Counted from the stretch's first letter, positions 1-13,094 are shown. The stretch: DNA of 64,000 bases from Felis catus (GCF_018350175.1 NC_058368.1:192326001-192390000), one strand, 5' to 3'. Notes: a model not told the origin generated them from the letters alone. Made by a program: numbers and translations.

Positions 1-496
1 AGACTAATTAAGGCCCTTTAGCTTTGAAGTTAGTCTTAGATCAGTATTCTCTTTAAAAAAAAAAAAAAAAGCCTAAACCTACACAAAAACACAGAGAAAA
101 ATATAGTACTCATCAACCAGGAATTACCAGAGTTCACGTGATTTGTCATTTTGCTTCATAGAGTTTTTTTGGTTTTATTTTGCATATATTCTTCTAGTTT
201 TTAGTAAAAGAAATAAAGTAAGTTTGAAGTCCCTGGTGTCCCGGACCTTCCTTTGGTCCCATTCTCCTTTCCTAGCTTACCAAAGTCAGCCCCTAGGTCA
301 CTCATAGTATTATTTTTTGCCTCACTTCAGTGACCAGTTTGTAAAATCTATCTGTATTGATGCAGAGAGATAAGGTTGATTCATTATAGCAGCTATACCC
401 ATCCTATAAATGTATGTCAATTTATCTGCTTTTTCTTTTGAAAATGGAGGAAGGCTCATTTATTTTTGAGGAATGAGACTTCCTCAAATGATAATA

Positions 497-1075
497 TAGC
501 ACCTTGGGAAACAGTTTGGCAGTTTCCTATTAAGTTAAATATAGACGTGCCCAGTGACCCAGCAATCCCACTGCCCAGATATTTCACTAAAAGAAATACA
601 GCCTTGTACACAGCTGTTCGTTGCAGCTTAGCGGACAGCAGCCAAAAGCTAGAACAACCCAGACATCCATCAGCTGCTGAATGGATGTGCAAACTAGCCT
701 ATCCAGACAGTGGAATACTATACGTGCAGCAATACAAAGGAACAAGCTAGTGATATACAAATCATACTGGTAAATCTGGAAAGCATTATGGTAAGTGAAA
801 GAACCAAGACACAAAAGACTACACGCTGTGGTTCCATTTATCTGAATTCTAGAAAAGACAAAATTTATAGTGACAAAAACCAGGTGAGGGGTTGCAGGGG
901 GTGGGGAGAGAGGAATGCCTGCAAAGGGGCATATGGGAATATTCTGCAGTGACGAAAATGTTCTGTCTTGATCGTGGTGGTGATTGTAGCATGTGTATCT
1001 ATAGAGATACGTGTATTTATCAAAATTCATCAAATGGCTCACTTAAAACTGATAAATTTTCTTACTTGTACAATT
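497..1075 (+). mobile_element. old L1 (L1M-type) 3' fragment in GEMIN5 intron
   Basis: gacccagcaatcccact, caacccagacatccatca, gtggaatacta L1 3'-end motifs, diverged. Confidence 0.75.
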
Positions 1076-1387
1076 TTCTTAATTGTACTCCGGGTTGGTT
1101 GGTTGAATTACAGCTTTTAGTTCTGAAACTCACTTTTTAATTAAATGTAAATGTCACAGCATTTTTTTTTAGCATGAACAGACTTTAACACCAGACAAGG
1201 TATGTTGCTGTGCAACTAGATATGGAAGTTTCTCAGGGAAGCAAAAATGGGTGATGGAGACAGAAGGACCTTTCTTAAACTTGCACTGTGTCCTTCCTTC
1301 CAAGTGCAGTCAATAGGAATATTTCTGTATCATCCCAGTGCTTGCTGTGCAAGAATGTTTAACTGAAACTCTGGCTTTTCCCTCCAG

Positions 1388-1550
1388 CTTCTGCTTCATA
1401 TTTGCCATGATCTGACGTTGGCAGTGCTAAGCCAGCAGGTGGCCTCCTGGGACGTGGCTGTGGAAGCCCTGCTTCGGGCTGTGGTCCGGAGCTACGACTC
1501 TGGAAACTTCACCATCATGCAGGAAGTGCACTCAGCCTTTCTTCCTGAGG
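1388..1550 (+). CDS. GEMIN5: GEMIN5 internal coding exon (gene 5' part lies outside the window)
   Basis: ccag acceptor at 1386-1387, gtaaat donor at 1551; translates [54 protein letters not shown](G), recognisable as GEMIN5 C-terminal region. Confidence 0.95.
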
Positions 1551-1841
1551 GTAAATGACCCCAACCTTTGCCGGAGCATGCCTACTAATGGATGATGTAA
1601 ACACCACCGATGGTGTAGCACCAGGAATACAAACATTATTGAAAGAGACTGGCCAGTTGTGTCATTTAGCACCAAGTTTGAATTCTCTTACCCAAGCTCC
1701 TAAGAGGGGGCCAGAACGGCTAAGCTGTTTTCCTTTACCTGGCCCTACCTACCTTACCTACCTTGCTGCCTTCTACAGATTTTTCTCCATGGTTTAAGAG
1801 AAATAGCAATGTGCTCAGAAGTTAAGAATGGAGAAGCACAT

Positions 1842-1965
1842 GGGGCGCCTGGCTGGCTCAGTTGGAAGAGCATGCAGCTCTTGATCTCAGGGTCGTGAGT
1901 TCAAGCCCCACATTAGGTGTAGAGATTACATTAAATAAATAAATAGACTTAAAAAAAAAAAAAAA
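1842..1965 (+). mobile_element. Can-SINE (short form) with TSD aagaatggagaagcaca
   Basis: ggggcgcctggctggctcag head, A tail, direct repeat at 1824-1840 and 1964-1980. Confidence 0.9.
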
Positions 1966-2320
1966 GAATGGAGAAGCACAACAGAAGGGACATTCTTTGA
2001 ACTGCATACTTAGTCACTAAACTAAATCACTGATTTTTCAGAGACATAGTGAGATCATACCCCAGAGCTTTCATAGGAAGATGGAATACTTTTTCTGTAA
2101 TGCTTTGATTGACTCGCAGACTACAGCAACAAGAACGCTGTCCTAGGTCAGGAGATGTTTAGCTCTGATTGGCTTTAGGTGAAAAGCATGTAACCCCATG
2201 GATCAGTGCTGTCCTTGTTCTTGAGCTCTGCCCCTTGGGTGATAGGAAACGTAACGGGAAGAGGAATGTGTATCTAGCAGAAACAGAAATGCACAACCCT
2301 AAATCCTTCTCTTCTTCTAG

Positions 2321-2825
2321 GCTGTGACCACCTAAGAGACACACTGGGTGAACATCAGTCCCCTACCACACCAGCTTTCAAAAGTTTGGAGGCCTTTTTT
2401 ATTTATGGACGTCTGTATGAATTCTGGTGGTCTCTCTCCAAGCCTTGCCCTAAATCCAGTGTCTGGGTAAGAGCTGCTCATGGAAGGACAACTTCTGTGG
2501 AGCAAAGCCAGCAGATAGACAGTGCCAGCCCTGAAGAAACAGACCCTAATATTTCTCAGCCAAAGCCAAGCGGGCCTCCAGAATTAGACTTGAGCCTCAC
2601 AGAAGAAAGTGAGCAAATGCTGATCACTTGTAAAGAGCTCTTTTCAGAAAAACACGCCAGTCTCCAAAACTCACAGAGAACCGTTGCTGAAGTACAAGAG
2701 ACCTTGGCAGAAATGATCCGCCAACACCAGAAGAGTCAAGTCTGTAAATCCACAACGAATGGTCCTGATAAGAATGAATCTGAGCAGGTAGCAGAACAGC
2801 CCCTCTCTAGTCCTCAGAACCAGTG
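2321..2825 (+). CDS. GEMIN5: GEMIN5 large coding exon (RBS1 region)
   Basis: cttctag acceptor, gtaag donor at 2826; [49 protein letters not shown]...SSPQNQ; phase fits both neighbours. Confidence 0.96.
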
Positions 2826-3101
2826 GTAAGTATAAGGTGGAATTGGAAATACCATGCTGGCTTCTCAGATAAAAATCAGTATGTGATGAGCTTTATCAGG
2901 TCACTTGCTGGCACCATCATGTAGAATGCACAGGCTTTGGAGTCTGACATGGGGTTCTAATCCGGCTCTGCTGACTGAGCTCAGGCAAGATTCTTAATGT
3001 TTCTGAGCATTTGTTCCCATATATACAACTGGGAGTACCTACTCCTACCTTGCTTGTTTGGGGAATTAAATGAAATCACAAATAGTGTTAATAATAGGAT
3101 A

Positions 3102-3296
3102 GGGACACCTGGTGCTCAGTAGGTTCAGCGTCCAACTCTGGATTTCAGCTCGGGTCACGATCCCATTGTGGGATTGAGCCCCGGCGTTGGGCTCTGTACT
3201 GAGCATGGGACCTGCTTGGAATTCTCTCTCTGCCCTTCTCTTGCTTGCACTCTCTCTCTCTCTCAAATAAAAATAAAAAACTTAAAAAAAAAAAAA
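3102..3296 (+). mobile_element. Can-SINE within a MIR relic (~2900-3090)
   Basis: tRNA-derived head, (CT)n, A tail. Confidence 0.85.
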
Positions 3297-4334
3297 CTCA
3301 GTAAAAAATAACAATAGGACAATAAAATCTTATCTCTAGGCGATGAATAGATTCCCCTCCCCCCAAAAAATTAACCAAGTAAAATGGAAGTGCATTATTG
3401 TATCATTAATGAAAACCACGGTTTTTCGATTATTCTATGCTATCCCAGAAAATACACAAAAAGAGCAGTGTACAAAACTGCACACTGAATTGAGAAAATC
3501 CCAAATGATCAGAATGTAACATCCTAATCACTTCCACTGAACATAGGGCCCAGGTGGATGACAGGAGCCGATCCGTAATCACTGTAGAGCTCATTTGCAT
3601 ATATTGCAGGGTCTTCTGCTATGGGCATTTGCAGTGATTAACAATTATTGATTGGTCATTATGCTGAGGGCCTTTTACCTAGATTATTTCTCCCCAGCAC
3701 AGGGCGTAAATAAAACGTTGTAACTAGTACCATCAATAAACTGATAGCTATTATTACTAACTGTAAAAAAAAAAAAAAAAACTAAAATGTTTTGAAGCCC
3801 TTATACATTTATTGCTGTAAAAATAGTCCCATTGAAATCTTGAGTTAGAGTTTTGAGTCACTTCTCCAGTAAGCTATCACACTCTAGGCAGTTACTAGGT
3901 TTTAGTAACAAGAAAAACACTAAAAATCTTTCTAACTCAGCAGCTCTTAACCTTTGGATCACAGGACTCCTTTGAGAAGATTCAGACACTCTTTCCAGAA
4001 GAATGTGCATCCATATAACAACAGTTAGGAGCCTGAGCTGTGTCTAACCATTCCCCAGAGAAATCCAGGCTTTGTGTACTTAGCTGCAGATCGAATCCCC
4101 TGAAGGGCCTAACTTTTCATTAGAGCTATGTATCTAAGAAGTGGGGATTTGGCAAATGGTGAGGAATGATATTTCACTTTGAAAACTTCGTATCACATCA
4201 CATTAAATTCCCTCCTCTTGACCTTTGTATTAAAGATGAAAGAGATAACAAAAGAATTTTATTTATAGGGTAACAGTTAAAAGTTTTGTGGGGCAAGGCA
4301 TATGACTTGTAATTTTTTTTTTTATTGTTACCAG

Positions 4335-4431
4335 TAAAGAAGAAAAAAATCAGCCACTTTCTCTGCCTGAATTAACCAAAAGTCTTACGGAGGCAAATGA
4401 GAGAATAGCTAAATTTCCTGAGAGTGTTAAG
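4335..4431 (+). CDS. GEMIN5: GEMIN5 penultimate coding exon
   Basis: ccag acceptor, gtaag donor at 4432; (C)[32 protein letters not shown]. Confidence 0.95.
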
Positions 4432-5010
4432 GTAAGATATCAGTTCATTTAATAAAACATTATTGTTTATATTATCCACTGACTGGACCAAATTCTTTAA
4501 GGTCATCTAATTTTGTGTTCCATTTATAAAATTGCTACACATTTGTATATGCTTAAAAATTTAGGATCCTGTTGTCTTGGGTTAACTAAAATGTTTTGTG
4601 AGAATAGGATTATTGACAACACAAGCAATTTTATACCTCGGTCTTCAGAGAAATGGAACACATTTTGCATCTGGGAAGTAAAATAAAATTAAAATTGGTA
4701 CCATGTATTTGATAGCTTACAGATGGATAGGTATATTTGAATGTGGCCCTGGTATTAGAGGAGAGTCATGTTTTGAATGAATTGAGTAGGGCTCTAGAAG
4801 ATGATTCTGTCATTTGAGAAGGATACCCCAGTCTGAGCCCTCCCAGTTTTGAGTATCATCTACCCTTAGAGTTACTGAGGAAGAGCCTTCCTCAGTTCAG
4901 CCGTGCCTGAGTAGTGTCACTAGATGAGACTTTGAGTTGCTGGTGCCTTCTGTACAGGTATTTGTGAGTCCTCCAAATGCTTCCTTGTTCATCCTTGTGT
5001 CCCCTTTCAG

Positions 5011-5178
5011 ATCTGGCCATTCCCAGATGTGCTGGAGTGCTGTCTCATTCTGCTTCACATCGGGGCCCAGTGTCCTGGCAGCGTAACCCAGGACATGCAG
5101 CAGCAGGCCCAAGAGCTCCTTCAGAAATATGGCAACACTAAAGTTTACAGAAGATACTGCCAGACCTTCTGCACGTGA
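5011..5178 (+). CDS. GEMIN5: GEMIN5 terminal coding exon
   Basis: ttttcag-type acceptor ending 5010; [58 protein letters not shown] at 5176-5178. Confidence 0.96.
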   Translation: MWPFPDVLECCLILLHIGAQCPGSVTQDMQQQAQELLQKYGNTKVYRRYCQTFCT

Positions 5179-6331
5179 ATTTTCAAGGACCTTTAAGGAA
5201 ACTGTGCCAAATTCCAACGTACAACACCCTTCACCACCGTGACACCGCACCAGACATTCTCTTTGATCCCTAGATGTTTTTGCAGTGATCCAAATAATAC
5301 AAATGAGGGTCAAGTTTGAATTGACTCTACCCCTAGACATAGTGGAATCGGACTTTGGACTCAATTGTGGTTTCCTACTGGAGGAAAAGATCATGAAAAG
5401 CTAGAAGTAGGTATTCAGAACTAACACAGTATGCAGTATGATTCATTGTTGGTCATCTGTAAAGCCTTATGCAGGTTTCACCCAAAGAGGAGAAACTTTT
5501 TAATCACCCAAAGTGTTACGTTCTTAAACACAAACTACCTTTATAAATACTTTGCCTGGTGGTAAATGTGCCATTCTTGTTGGAGATAGAATTGATATCT
5601 TTTATGACTTGGCTTGTTTTTTGTTGTTTGGTTTTTTTTTTACTGTTTTTGTTAACTTGGGTTCTTCCCTTCTATTCTTTCAAAGACTAAACTTTGAATG
5701 TGAAATAGGTCTTTACCCATCATGTTGACTCTACCCTCCATCTGAACTTTAGATCAAAAATTTGGTTTTGTTTCATGTAATTGCTTACTTGAACACATCA
5801 TTTACTAAAGCTTTAGAACAAATAACTAAAACTCAGATGTGTCTTATCCCTTCAGTTTTATAAGAAATTATTAATGGTGATCACAGTAGCTCAGGAAGAA
5901 ATTGCTATTTCAGTGGTTCTTAATCTTTTTTCGATCATAGACCCTTTGAGAATTAGAACCACAGATGCTCTTTGAAGAATAATGCATAATTTTGTGTATG
6001 TAGCTTTTGGATTATTGGACTCCAGCATAATGGGATCCTATATACTATTTAATTATAAATCCTTGTTCTTCCCCCCCCCCCCCCCATTATTGAGCATTCT
6101 CTTGAGGTCTGTTCTTCTCTTTGGTTAAGTAGTTGAACAATGTCAGGAACAGATGTTTCTGTAATAGCCCAGTTGCTGGGATATAAACATCAGTCTGGGT
6201 AGGGTTGGGAGGGAGCACTCTTTCCCAATAATGTAACTATTTTCTTTGGGGATTCATTATGAAAGCTTTTCTGCTTGAATGTCCAGTTTATTTTTTAGTT
6301 TCCTATGGCTGGCATTGTTGTGGACAGCAAG

Positions 6332-6337
6332 AATAAA
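6332..6337 (+). terminator. candidate GEMIN5 polyadenylation signal AATAAA
   Basis: AATAAA ~1.15 kb after the stop codon; actual usage cannot be seen from sequence. Confidence 0.4.
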
Positions 6338-8117
6338 ATTCATTCACAGGAACTCTAGGAAGAAAAGTTTAAGACACAGATCTGACTGACCAGGGGTTTT
6401 GTTTGTTTGAATTCGACCTAGCTTTAGAATTTAAAAATGCTAAACCCAAAAGCAAATACCATAGAATTTAGACACTCATAGTTCTTTATACAGTTGCTTG
6501 AACTTTGAGAAGAAGATGCACTGTTACTGGGGATGAAGAATCTTCTTGGTATGGTATCAGTGACTGAATTATAAATCAGATCTTGACAATTCCCTGATAA
6601 AAAATTATTGCAGTAGTTTCCCATTGTTACTGGAAAAAAAAACCATCTTGCAGGGCTTAAAAGGCCCTGCCTGATCCCAGCCTTTACCTCTTGGACTCCT
6701 GTTCTTACACTCACATCCTTGCTTCTAGATTCCACACGCACTGGTCTCTTAGGCTGCTGGAATCCACCAAGTTCTCATATTGTCTCAGTAGCTTTTTCAT
6801 GTTGTTCCTCTGCCTGGTCCGTTCTTAGCCATCTCTTAGATCTCAGCTTAAATGTCCTTTCTCTAATAACTGTCCCTGAACCTCAATCTAAAAGACATCA
6901 GCGTGCTGTACTTTACAGCTCACACTGTATTTTTGTGAATTATGTACTTTGGCAATGCAGATTGTAAGCTCCAATGAGATTGGTAGAGATTATGTCTTCC
7001 ATGTGCTATTTTCCCAGCACCTATTTACAGTGTCTGTTATCTAGTAGGTGCACAATAGAAACTTGCAGACTGAATAAATTGAGAAATTAGAATACTCATT
7101 AATAGCTTGGACTTAAAATCTGACTCTAAACTGAGCTCATGCATATCAGGACAAGCTAACAATTAAGCTTGTCGTTGGTAGTCAACCTTATTGCATTAGC
7201 AGAACCACAAATTTAAGAACATTTGGCAGTTTATACAGAGGGGCTTGAATTCACCCGTAATTAGCATTCTCTTGGTTACTCTACAGGACCATCCCTTTCT
7301 GAGGATAACCACTCACAAAACCCTAAATGCACTCACATATCTGTATACAAGGTGAAGTTTTTGCCAATTCTACTAGACTTGTTCCCTTTAAGAACACCTT
7401 AATAAATTCTCATCCCTCCCATGCAGTGACCAGACTCCCCACTCGACACAGAGTTCCTCAACCCTTCATCTCAATACTTCTCCTGACATGTACATCTGTC
7501 CTCAAGTGTGGCAAAGATAAAATTCCCCATTTGAATCTAAATTTAGGACACCTATGCAGGGCTCAGTCACCAGCATGCCAAAGAACTTGAAAGAGAACCA
7601 CTGACCCTGACCTGTGCTGCCTTTACCACAAATCACAGTGATAAATACCTCTCTTCCTATATGTGAGCATCCCAGGCAAAAGCCTAGATTGGCTCCTATA
7701 CCAGACTTCTTACAACCCCTTGTTTTGTGCCAATAGGAAGGGTTGTAAATAGTGTGGAGCCAACTCTACAATACCAGAAGCTCGCTTTGTCTATAAAGTC
7801 TGCTAATTAACAAGCTAATCCACCAAATGGAGTAAAGGGGTCCCAAGAACTAGAATTAAAACCAGTTTTCCCACTAAGGCTGGACGATCAGTGGGGGGTT
7901 GTGAAGTGAAGAGACAATTCCATTTACACAGTTGGTCATTAAAAACCTCCTACAAAATGAGACATTTTATATGCACACCAACTTGTGGAAAACTGAGACA
8001 AGAGTTTGGGGACAGTCAAGATGCTTCCAGGCACTGACTGCAAATGACCATCTCCTACAGCCAGTAATTAATAGCTATAAAAGACCAAACCTTCATGCCA
8101 GTGGTTAAAAAGAAATC

Positions 8118-8123
8118 TTTATT
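8118..8123 (-). terminator. CNOT8 polyadenylation signal AATAAA
   Basis: tttatt on + at the end of an AT-rich, repeat-free ~1.35 kb 3'UTR-like stretch (8100-9455). Confidence 0.7.
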
Positions 8124-9455
8124 TTACAAAATTAAAAACATAAATAATATTTACAAGCATCTTAAATACCAGCTTATAATACTTGACATTTTGAATCATC
8201 TGAAATTGAGTTTTTCATAAGCTTTTAAAATGCAAGACTATTCATCCACTTCAGTGAGTTACCAGTTTTTATTTCCACCATTTCAAAGGGGTTTTTGGTT
8301 TTTCTAAATTGGCCATACTGTAGTCATTCAAAAAACAATGCATTTTTTAAATGACCAGTTTAAAAAAAAAAAAAAAAAATCACAGTCCTGAGCTTCCTAC
8401 ACCCGTTGTGGGATATTATTCCAAGAAAACTCTAACAAATTCCTTACTGCCCTGTTTACATGTACCACTATAACTTTTTAAACACACTGCTGGTACTCAC
8501 ATAATCCATCTCCCTAACTTCTCAGATTTGCTGAAAGGAAAGGCAGGGAGAACAAAGAGACATGGGGGAATACACATGACCATCTGAAATCACATTACTG
8601 AAAATATAAGACTTATGGTCCAAAATTCTGATCTTATTTCCTTCAGGAACAAATCCAGCATATTTTATTAAAATTTAAAATGATTTCAAATGATAAACAT
8701 GTGACAGCAAATCTCAGTGGCACAATGGAACAGAGACTTAAAGACGCATAAGTGGTTAACTTAACACCCGTTCTGGAGTTCCTCATGAATAAAGGGTAGA
8801 CAGATTCAGAAGAATTTTGTTTTTAATAAAAGTTTTCATTATCTCTTCAAAATGTCAGCACTGAGTAATTCATTTCCACATAATAGTACACAACGAAAGA
8901 CTAACAAAGCGTAAAGAAAGCAAATGTCCTTGAGAAGGGTCAAAAAAGATTTTTAAAAAGGAAAGGAAGGAAAAGACATCTATATCCCACTTCACAAGAA
9001 CGCCACGTCGTTCCACTTTCCCTGGAAGCCCTCAGCTCAGCTGAGAATCACGTCAAGAAGTCTTCATCCTCAGAGATGAGCAACAGATTTAAAAGAAAAA
9101 TAATGACACAGATGAGAATTATATATATTTTACTAGTTCGTCTCTGACTGGTCCCGGATATTTAAAAAGGTGTCAAATGAGCCATGGATGCTGGTGGCAG
9201 GAAGCAATTGGAGAGGCTTGGGGATGAGGAATAGGGAAGACTTGTTTACAAATTCAGAGCAAACCCCTCTTCTGGATCTAAAATAAAGACGTCTTTTGTC
9301 TTCAATGCAACAGAAGTCTTTCTGTCAACGCAGATGGTAGGTACGGTTTGCTCAAAAGAAGCGTTTTCTCTTGGGGAGGAAGATAAGTACACACAAACAG
9401 TCAGCACATAAGCACCACTCTGGGATCAGGCCCACCCTCCAGAGCCTTGCCGCCA

Positions 9456-9605
9456 TCACTGCTGCATGTTGTTGATGATGGCCAAGATGCTCATCTTCTC
9501 CTGGGCAGAGTCCACATCCTCATTCTGCTTCTGGGCCACTCCCGTGCCTAGGCCATAGAGCCGCCCACAGTACTTGGCATCATCAATACTGTCCTCAAAA
9601 AACAA
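9456..9605 (-). CDS. CNOT8: CNOT8 terminal coding exon
   Basis: LFFEDSIDDAKYCGRLYGLGTGVAQKQNEDVDSAQEKMSILAIINNMQQ*; AG acceptor at 9607-9606. Confidence 0.97.
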   Translation of the reverse strand: MFFEDSIDDAKYCGRLYGLGTGVAQKQNEDVDSAQEKMSILAIINNMQQ

Positions 9606-9853
9606 CTGCAGAATAGGACAGAGAACTCACGGTGAGAATCACGCCCAGAGTCCAGCCAAGTCTCTACACTACTATATCAGCACTTCCCAACTGTCTTAAA
9701 GCCCTGAAAATCTACCCAACTAGAAAGTAACTTCATTAAGAAAGGCTCAAGACATTTCCTATACACAGTCTTTTCACGCTCCTTTTATATATAGGCTCTC
9801 CTTTCTGAACAGACTTCTATTCTCCATGAGTTCTTTTACTGGCAGGATCCGTG

Positions 9854-9896
<43 letters not shown>

Positions 9897-9897
9897 A
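9854..9897. repeat. (CTG)13 / (CAG)n triplet repeat in last CNOT8 intron
   Basis: uninterrupted ctg run read directly. Confidence 0.97.
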
Positions 9898-10062
9898 TTT
9901 AATACGGCCACCTCCATCTCCCTTCTCTTTAACAAGCAGTGCAGTGGTCAAGAGCTTGGGCTCTACACTCTATACCTGTCCGTAAGCTACGGTTCCCTAT
10001 CTATAAAACAGGATAATGTAACAGTAGGATGTTACAAGTGAGATACTGGATATCACACACTT

Positions 10063-10260
10063 CAGCAGAGTTATCTCAACCTTGGCCTTCCTGGGCAGGA
10101 CAATTCCTTGTTGAGGGGCAAGGAGGGGAGCTGTCCAGTGCACTATGGTACTGTAGAATGTTTAGCAGTGTCCCTGGCCAGTAGAGGACCTCTCCCCTGC
10201 TGTTCCACATTGTGACAACCAAAAATGTCTCCAGATATTGCCAAAGGAAGCTTGGGGGGG
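10063..10260. mobile_element. MER20-like hAT DNA transposon relic
   Basis: tgtagaatgtttagcag...ttgtgacaaccaaaaatgtctccagatattgccaaa matches recalled MER20 consensus. Confidence 0.8.
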
Positions 10261-10261
10261 C

Positions 10262-10960
10262 ATGATGCCACCAGTTTTGTTCTTCTTCCTCAAGAATGCT
10301 TTGACTATTTGGGGTCTTTTATGGTTCCACACAAATTTTAAGATTATTTGTTCTATTTCTGTGAAAAATGCCATTGGAATTTTGATAGAGATTTCATTGA
10401 ATCTGTAGACTGCTTTGGATAGTGTGGACATTTTAACAATATTAATTCTTCCAATCCATGAATACTGAATATCTTTCCATTTATTTGTGTCTTCTTCAGT
10501 TTCCTTCCTCAATGTCTTACAGTTTTCAGGGTATAGGTATTTTACCTCCTTGGTTAAATTTATTCCTACATATTTGATTCTTTTTGATACAGTTATAAAT
10601 GGGATTGTTTCATAATTTCTTTCTGATAGTACATTAATGTACAGAAACACAAGAGATTTCTGAATATTGACTTTGTATCCTGAAATTTTATTTACTGAAT
10701 TCATTTATTAGTTCTAAGAGTTTTTTTGGTAGACTTTTTAGGGTTTTCTATGTATAATATCATGTCATCTGAAAATAGTGAGTTTTACTTCCTCCATTCC
10801 GATTTAGATTCCTTGTGTTTCTTTTTCTTGCCTAATTATTCTGGCTAGGACTTCCAATACCATGTTAAATAAAAGTGGTGAGAGGGGGCATGCTTGTGTT
10901 GTTCCTGATCTTAGAGGAAACCCTTTCAGCTTTTCCCCACTGAGTATGATGTTAGCTGCC
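10262..10960 (-). mobile_element. L1 ORF2 (RT-region) fragment
   Basis: [12 protein letters not shown]...[12 protein letters not shown]...[10 protein letters not shown]...WNHKRPQI. Confidence 0.92.
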
Positions 10961-11280
10961 AGACATTTGGTAAGTAACAGAATTTAAGCATAAAATGAGT
11001 GTTTGAACAAACGTGAATTTGTTTATATGAGAGAAGAAAAAACGAGAAGAAAAGCAAATAACTGCAAGAATGAGAACTGCTAAGAACGCCCAGTACATGT
11101 CTACACTTGAGCATGCTGAGTGGCCTCCATTTCCCAATGTGTCTTTGCCTCCCAAACTACATTTAAGATACTGAACATAATGACAAACAAACAAAACAAC
11201 TGCTTTCAAAGTGGTCAATTTCCAAAAGAACTATAAATTTTCAACAAATCTCGGTCCACAAAGATAACCCACCACCTTAC

Positions 11281-11391
11281 CTCTTTCATCCTGAAGAATG
11301 CCATTCCCGTCAGCAGCGAGTCTGAGCCTGCCTGATGCTGCCTTCCAATTCTCTGCAAGTCCAATTGATCGGCAACTTCCTGAAGACCTCC
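11281..11391 (-). CDS. CNOT8: CNOT8 coding exon 5 (H225, D230)
   Basis: [37 protein letters not shown]; ctgcag acceptor, gtaag donor. Confidence 0.97.
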
Positions 11392-12095
11392 CTGCAGATG
11401 TAAAGAAAATAAAGATAATATTTCAGACCCGCCACTCATCTACTGGAGTCAACTAAGTCCATTCTTGTGTTTAATTATTTTGGGAATGACAAGTGGGAGC
11501 CATTTGCTAAAGCCTTATTACCCCAGCAATATCCCCTGTTCAGCCCTCCACACGATATACTGTGTTATATTTCACTTTCAACTCCTTTCTTTTATACACT
11601 ATTAATAGTGTTAGACCTCTGCCCCATTTTAAAGTCCTAACTGCTATAAAAACTGAGCAAATAGTCAAATACCAATCCAATTCTAGACAGCAGATCTCTT
11701 ATGTCAACAATTTATTAGGGTGTTGAGTTCTCGAACTATCTCAAGTTACGAATCCATCTAAGAGTCTGGTGCGCTCCAGACCCCATCCTTAACAAACTGC
11801 ACATACACCTCACGATGCCAACTATTTCACTAGGTTTGTGGGCCCTAAGTGAAGAACTCCTCCCTCAAAATGAAAGAAGCAGAGGGCTCCCTTCATACCC
11901 AGATTAATGACATTCACCACACAAATCCCTGTGCCAATCAGCTCTATATGTACTTCTCTAGCACCATGTTGGCACCTAGCTGGCGCTCAAGAATGCAGAA
12001 CCACGACAAATAATTTCTAAAAACAGCAATGAAGCCAAATGACAAGTCTGCTTTTTTGTCTTTGTTGTTGTTACTAATATTAAGAAAATATTGTA

Positions 12096-12330
12096 GGGGC
12101 ACCTGGGTGGCTCAGTCAGTTAAGTGTTCGACTTGGGCTCAGGTAGTGATCTCACAGTTCGTGAGATCAAGCCCCACATCGGGCTCCGTGCTGACAGCTC
12201 AGAGCCTGAAGCCTGCGTCAGATTTTGTGTCTCCCTCTCTCTCTGCCTCTCCCCCACTCATGCTCTCAGTCTCTCTCTCATGCTCTGTCTCTTCTCTTTC
12301 TCGAAAATAAAGAAACATTAAGAAAAAAAT
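12096..12330 (+). mobile_element. Can-SINE ending ~25 nt from the CNOT8 exon 4 donor
   Basis: ggggcacctgggtggctcag head, CT-rich body, A tail. Confidence 0.9.
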
Positions 12331-12353
12331 TTAAAAATATATATATTGTGTAC

Positions 12354-12498
12354 CTTAAGATTTTTGCAACTCTTCATCAAGTATTTCACATCATAAATAG
12401 ATGGGAAAAAAAGGTTCAGAATATGAAAGAATTCATGTTCCTCTTCTGGCAAACGAGAATCCGTAAGTAACTTTACCATGTAGCCAAAATCATAGCCA
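12354..12498 (-). CDS. CNOT8: CNOT8 coding exon 4 (D161)
   Basis: (S)GYDFGYMVKLLTDSRLPEEEHEFFHILNLFFPSIYDVKYLMKSCKNLK; AG/GT boundaries. Confidence 0.97.
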
Positions 12499-13094
12499 CT
12501 ACAAGAGAAAATGAAGCAAGGAGTGAAAAAACAGCAGTTACCAGGCCCCAGCATTCAACTGCTTTATTTCTCAAAACTTAATGATACTCCCCGTAACTTT
12601 CAGTGTTCCAAACTAGTTTATCCTACTGTAATCTCAACTTTCTATTAAATACTAACAAACCACACTAATATGAGAGACATATAAGAGAACCCAAGGGTTT
12701 AAAAATGTGGGTTTTATCCACCAAAAATTCTAAAGTACTGAAAATGTAAATTAACATCTCTTAAGAGGAATCTGTCTTTGGAGTACCTAGGAAATTCCAG
12801 GCCATTCATTTAAGAGAAAAAGATGATCAAGTGCTTTGATCTCCCCTCCTCCATCTTTCCACTTGGAATGTACCCACTGATAGCCAAATGACAGAACCCA
12901 ATACTGTATGAAACAAACCAGTATGTGCTCCAAAGTACTTTTTTAAAAACTGAAACATGGGCCAGTTACCATTTCAATTTCATAACTGCTTCATAAGTCA
13001 CCGGAAGAAGATAGCAATCAGTACTGCAAAAATAACATCAGAATGCAATCCCCTGCTGCCAAAGAAAGAGAAATATAGATGCTCTGAGACTGAC

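Noticed and set aside
4897..5394. 165-aa minus-strand ORF
   Set aside because: Antisense shadow of the GEMIN5 last exon; no recognisable domain.
9826..10041. Poly-Leu ORF that looks like a signal peptide
   Set aside because: Produced by the intronic CTG repeat and runs into a MIR-like relic; no splice or promoter support.
10162..10704. 180-aa ORF with reverse-transcriptase-region motifs
   Set aside because: Truncated L1 ORF2 fragment reading into a MER20 relic; not a domesticated gene on this evidence.
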